Below are positions 63,739 through 64,000 of a stretch of DNA of 64,000 bases, piece by piece. The notes below the pieces were generated by a model that was not told the origin of the DNA, searched no databases, and was given only the letters and a program-made list of their open reading frames with translations. Source of the stretch: Antedon mediterranea. Its lineage: Eukaryota > Animalia > Echinodermata. The stretch covers positions 17,001,237 through 17,065,236 of the forward strand of contig NC_092672.1 in NCBI RefSeq assembly GCF_964355755.1, given 5' to 3'. Each line of letters opens with the position of its first letter. Positions within the stretch are counted from its first letter, which is position 1. A program made the position numbers and the translations under genes.

Positions 63739-64000
63739 TCAAATCAATTCTCGAACCCTAGCCTAATGCTACAGCGTTACATTACGAGACTCAAGAACTA
63801 ACCATTCAGCTGGCTTACAATCTATCGATACCATAACATTATTAGTAATTTATCAAAAACTATATAGGGGCTTAATATCGGTAAATATAGAATCTAGGAT
63901 TGGATTTACGACTGGGCGCGTAGAGGCAGCAGGTTCAAATTGTTAGTATACCAAAATGATTATATATCGAAACGAATCACTCTATCACACATATTCGGGA
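61036..64000. repeat. ~0.9-kb tandem repeat with alternating A/B variants (~1.87-kb higher-order unit), running off the window
   Basis: Unit start GAGACTCAA(G/C)AACTAACCATTCAGC at 61036, 61917, 62901 and 63786 (periods 881, 984, 885). Confidence 0.93.

Overview
Eukaryotic (probably invertebrate animal) genomic DNA with two very different halves. Bases 1-32272 are a strand-asymmetric ~19-bp satellite, consensus (GCTGATCTATCTCTCTCTC)n, with multi-kb higher-order duplications and one embedded 1.7-kb non-LTR retrotransposon RT fragment cut at both ends. Bases 32273-64000 look like part of an integrated large DNA virus-like element. It is a compact, CpG-rich cluster of about 13 genes flanked by complex kb-scale tandem repeats and invaded by host LINE and MITE insertions that spare the reading frames. 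By motif recognition it encodes a spliced ~1409-aa MCM-like AAA+ helicase, a CLCC1/MCLC-like membrane protein (a family captured by allo- and malacoherpesviruses), a two-exon CD225/dispanin (IFITM-like) protein, an F-box/Cys-rich/LRR-like protein, a DWNN ubiquitin-like protein, a two-EGF protein, several orphan membrane proteins and a six-exon orphan gene with a 22-nt micro-exon that the ORF track misses. No capsid, terminase, polymerase or integrase gene is visible in the window, so the viral assignment is inference. All family calls were made by eye, without database searches.
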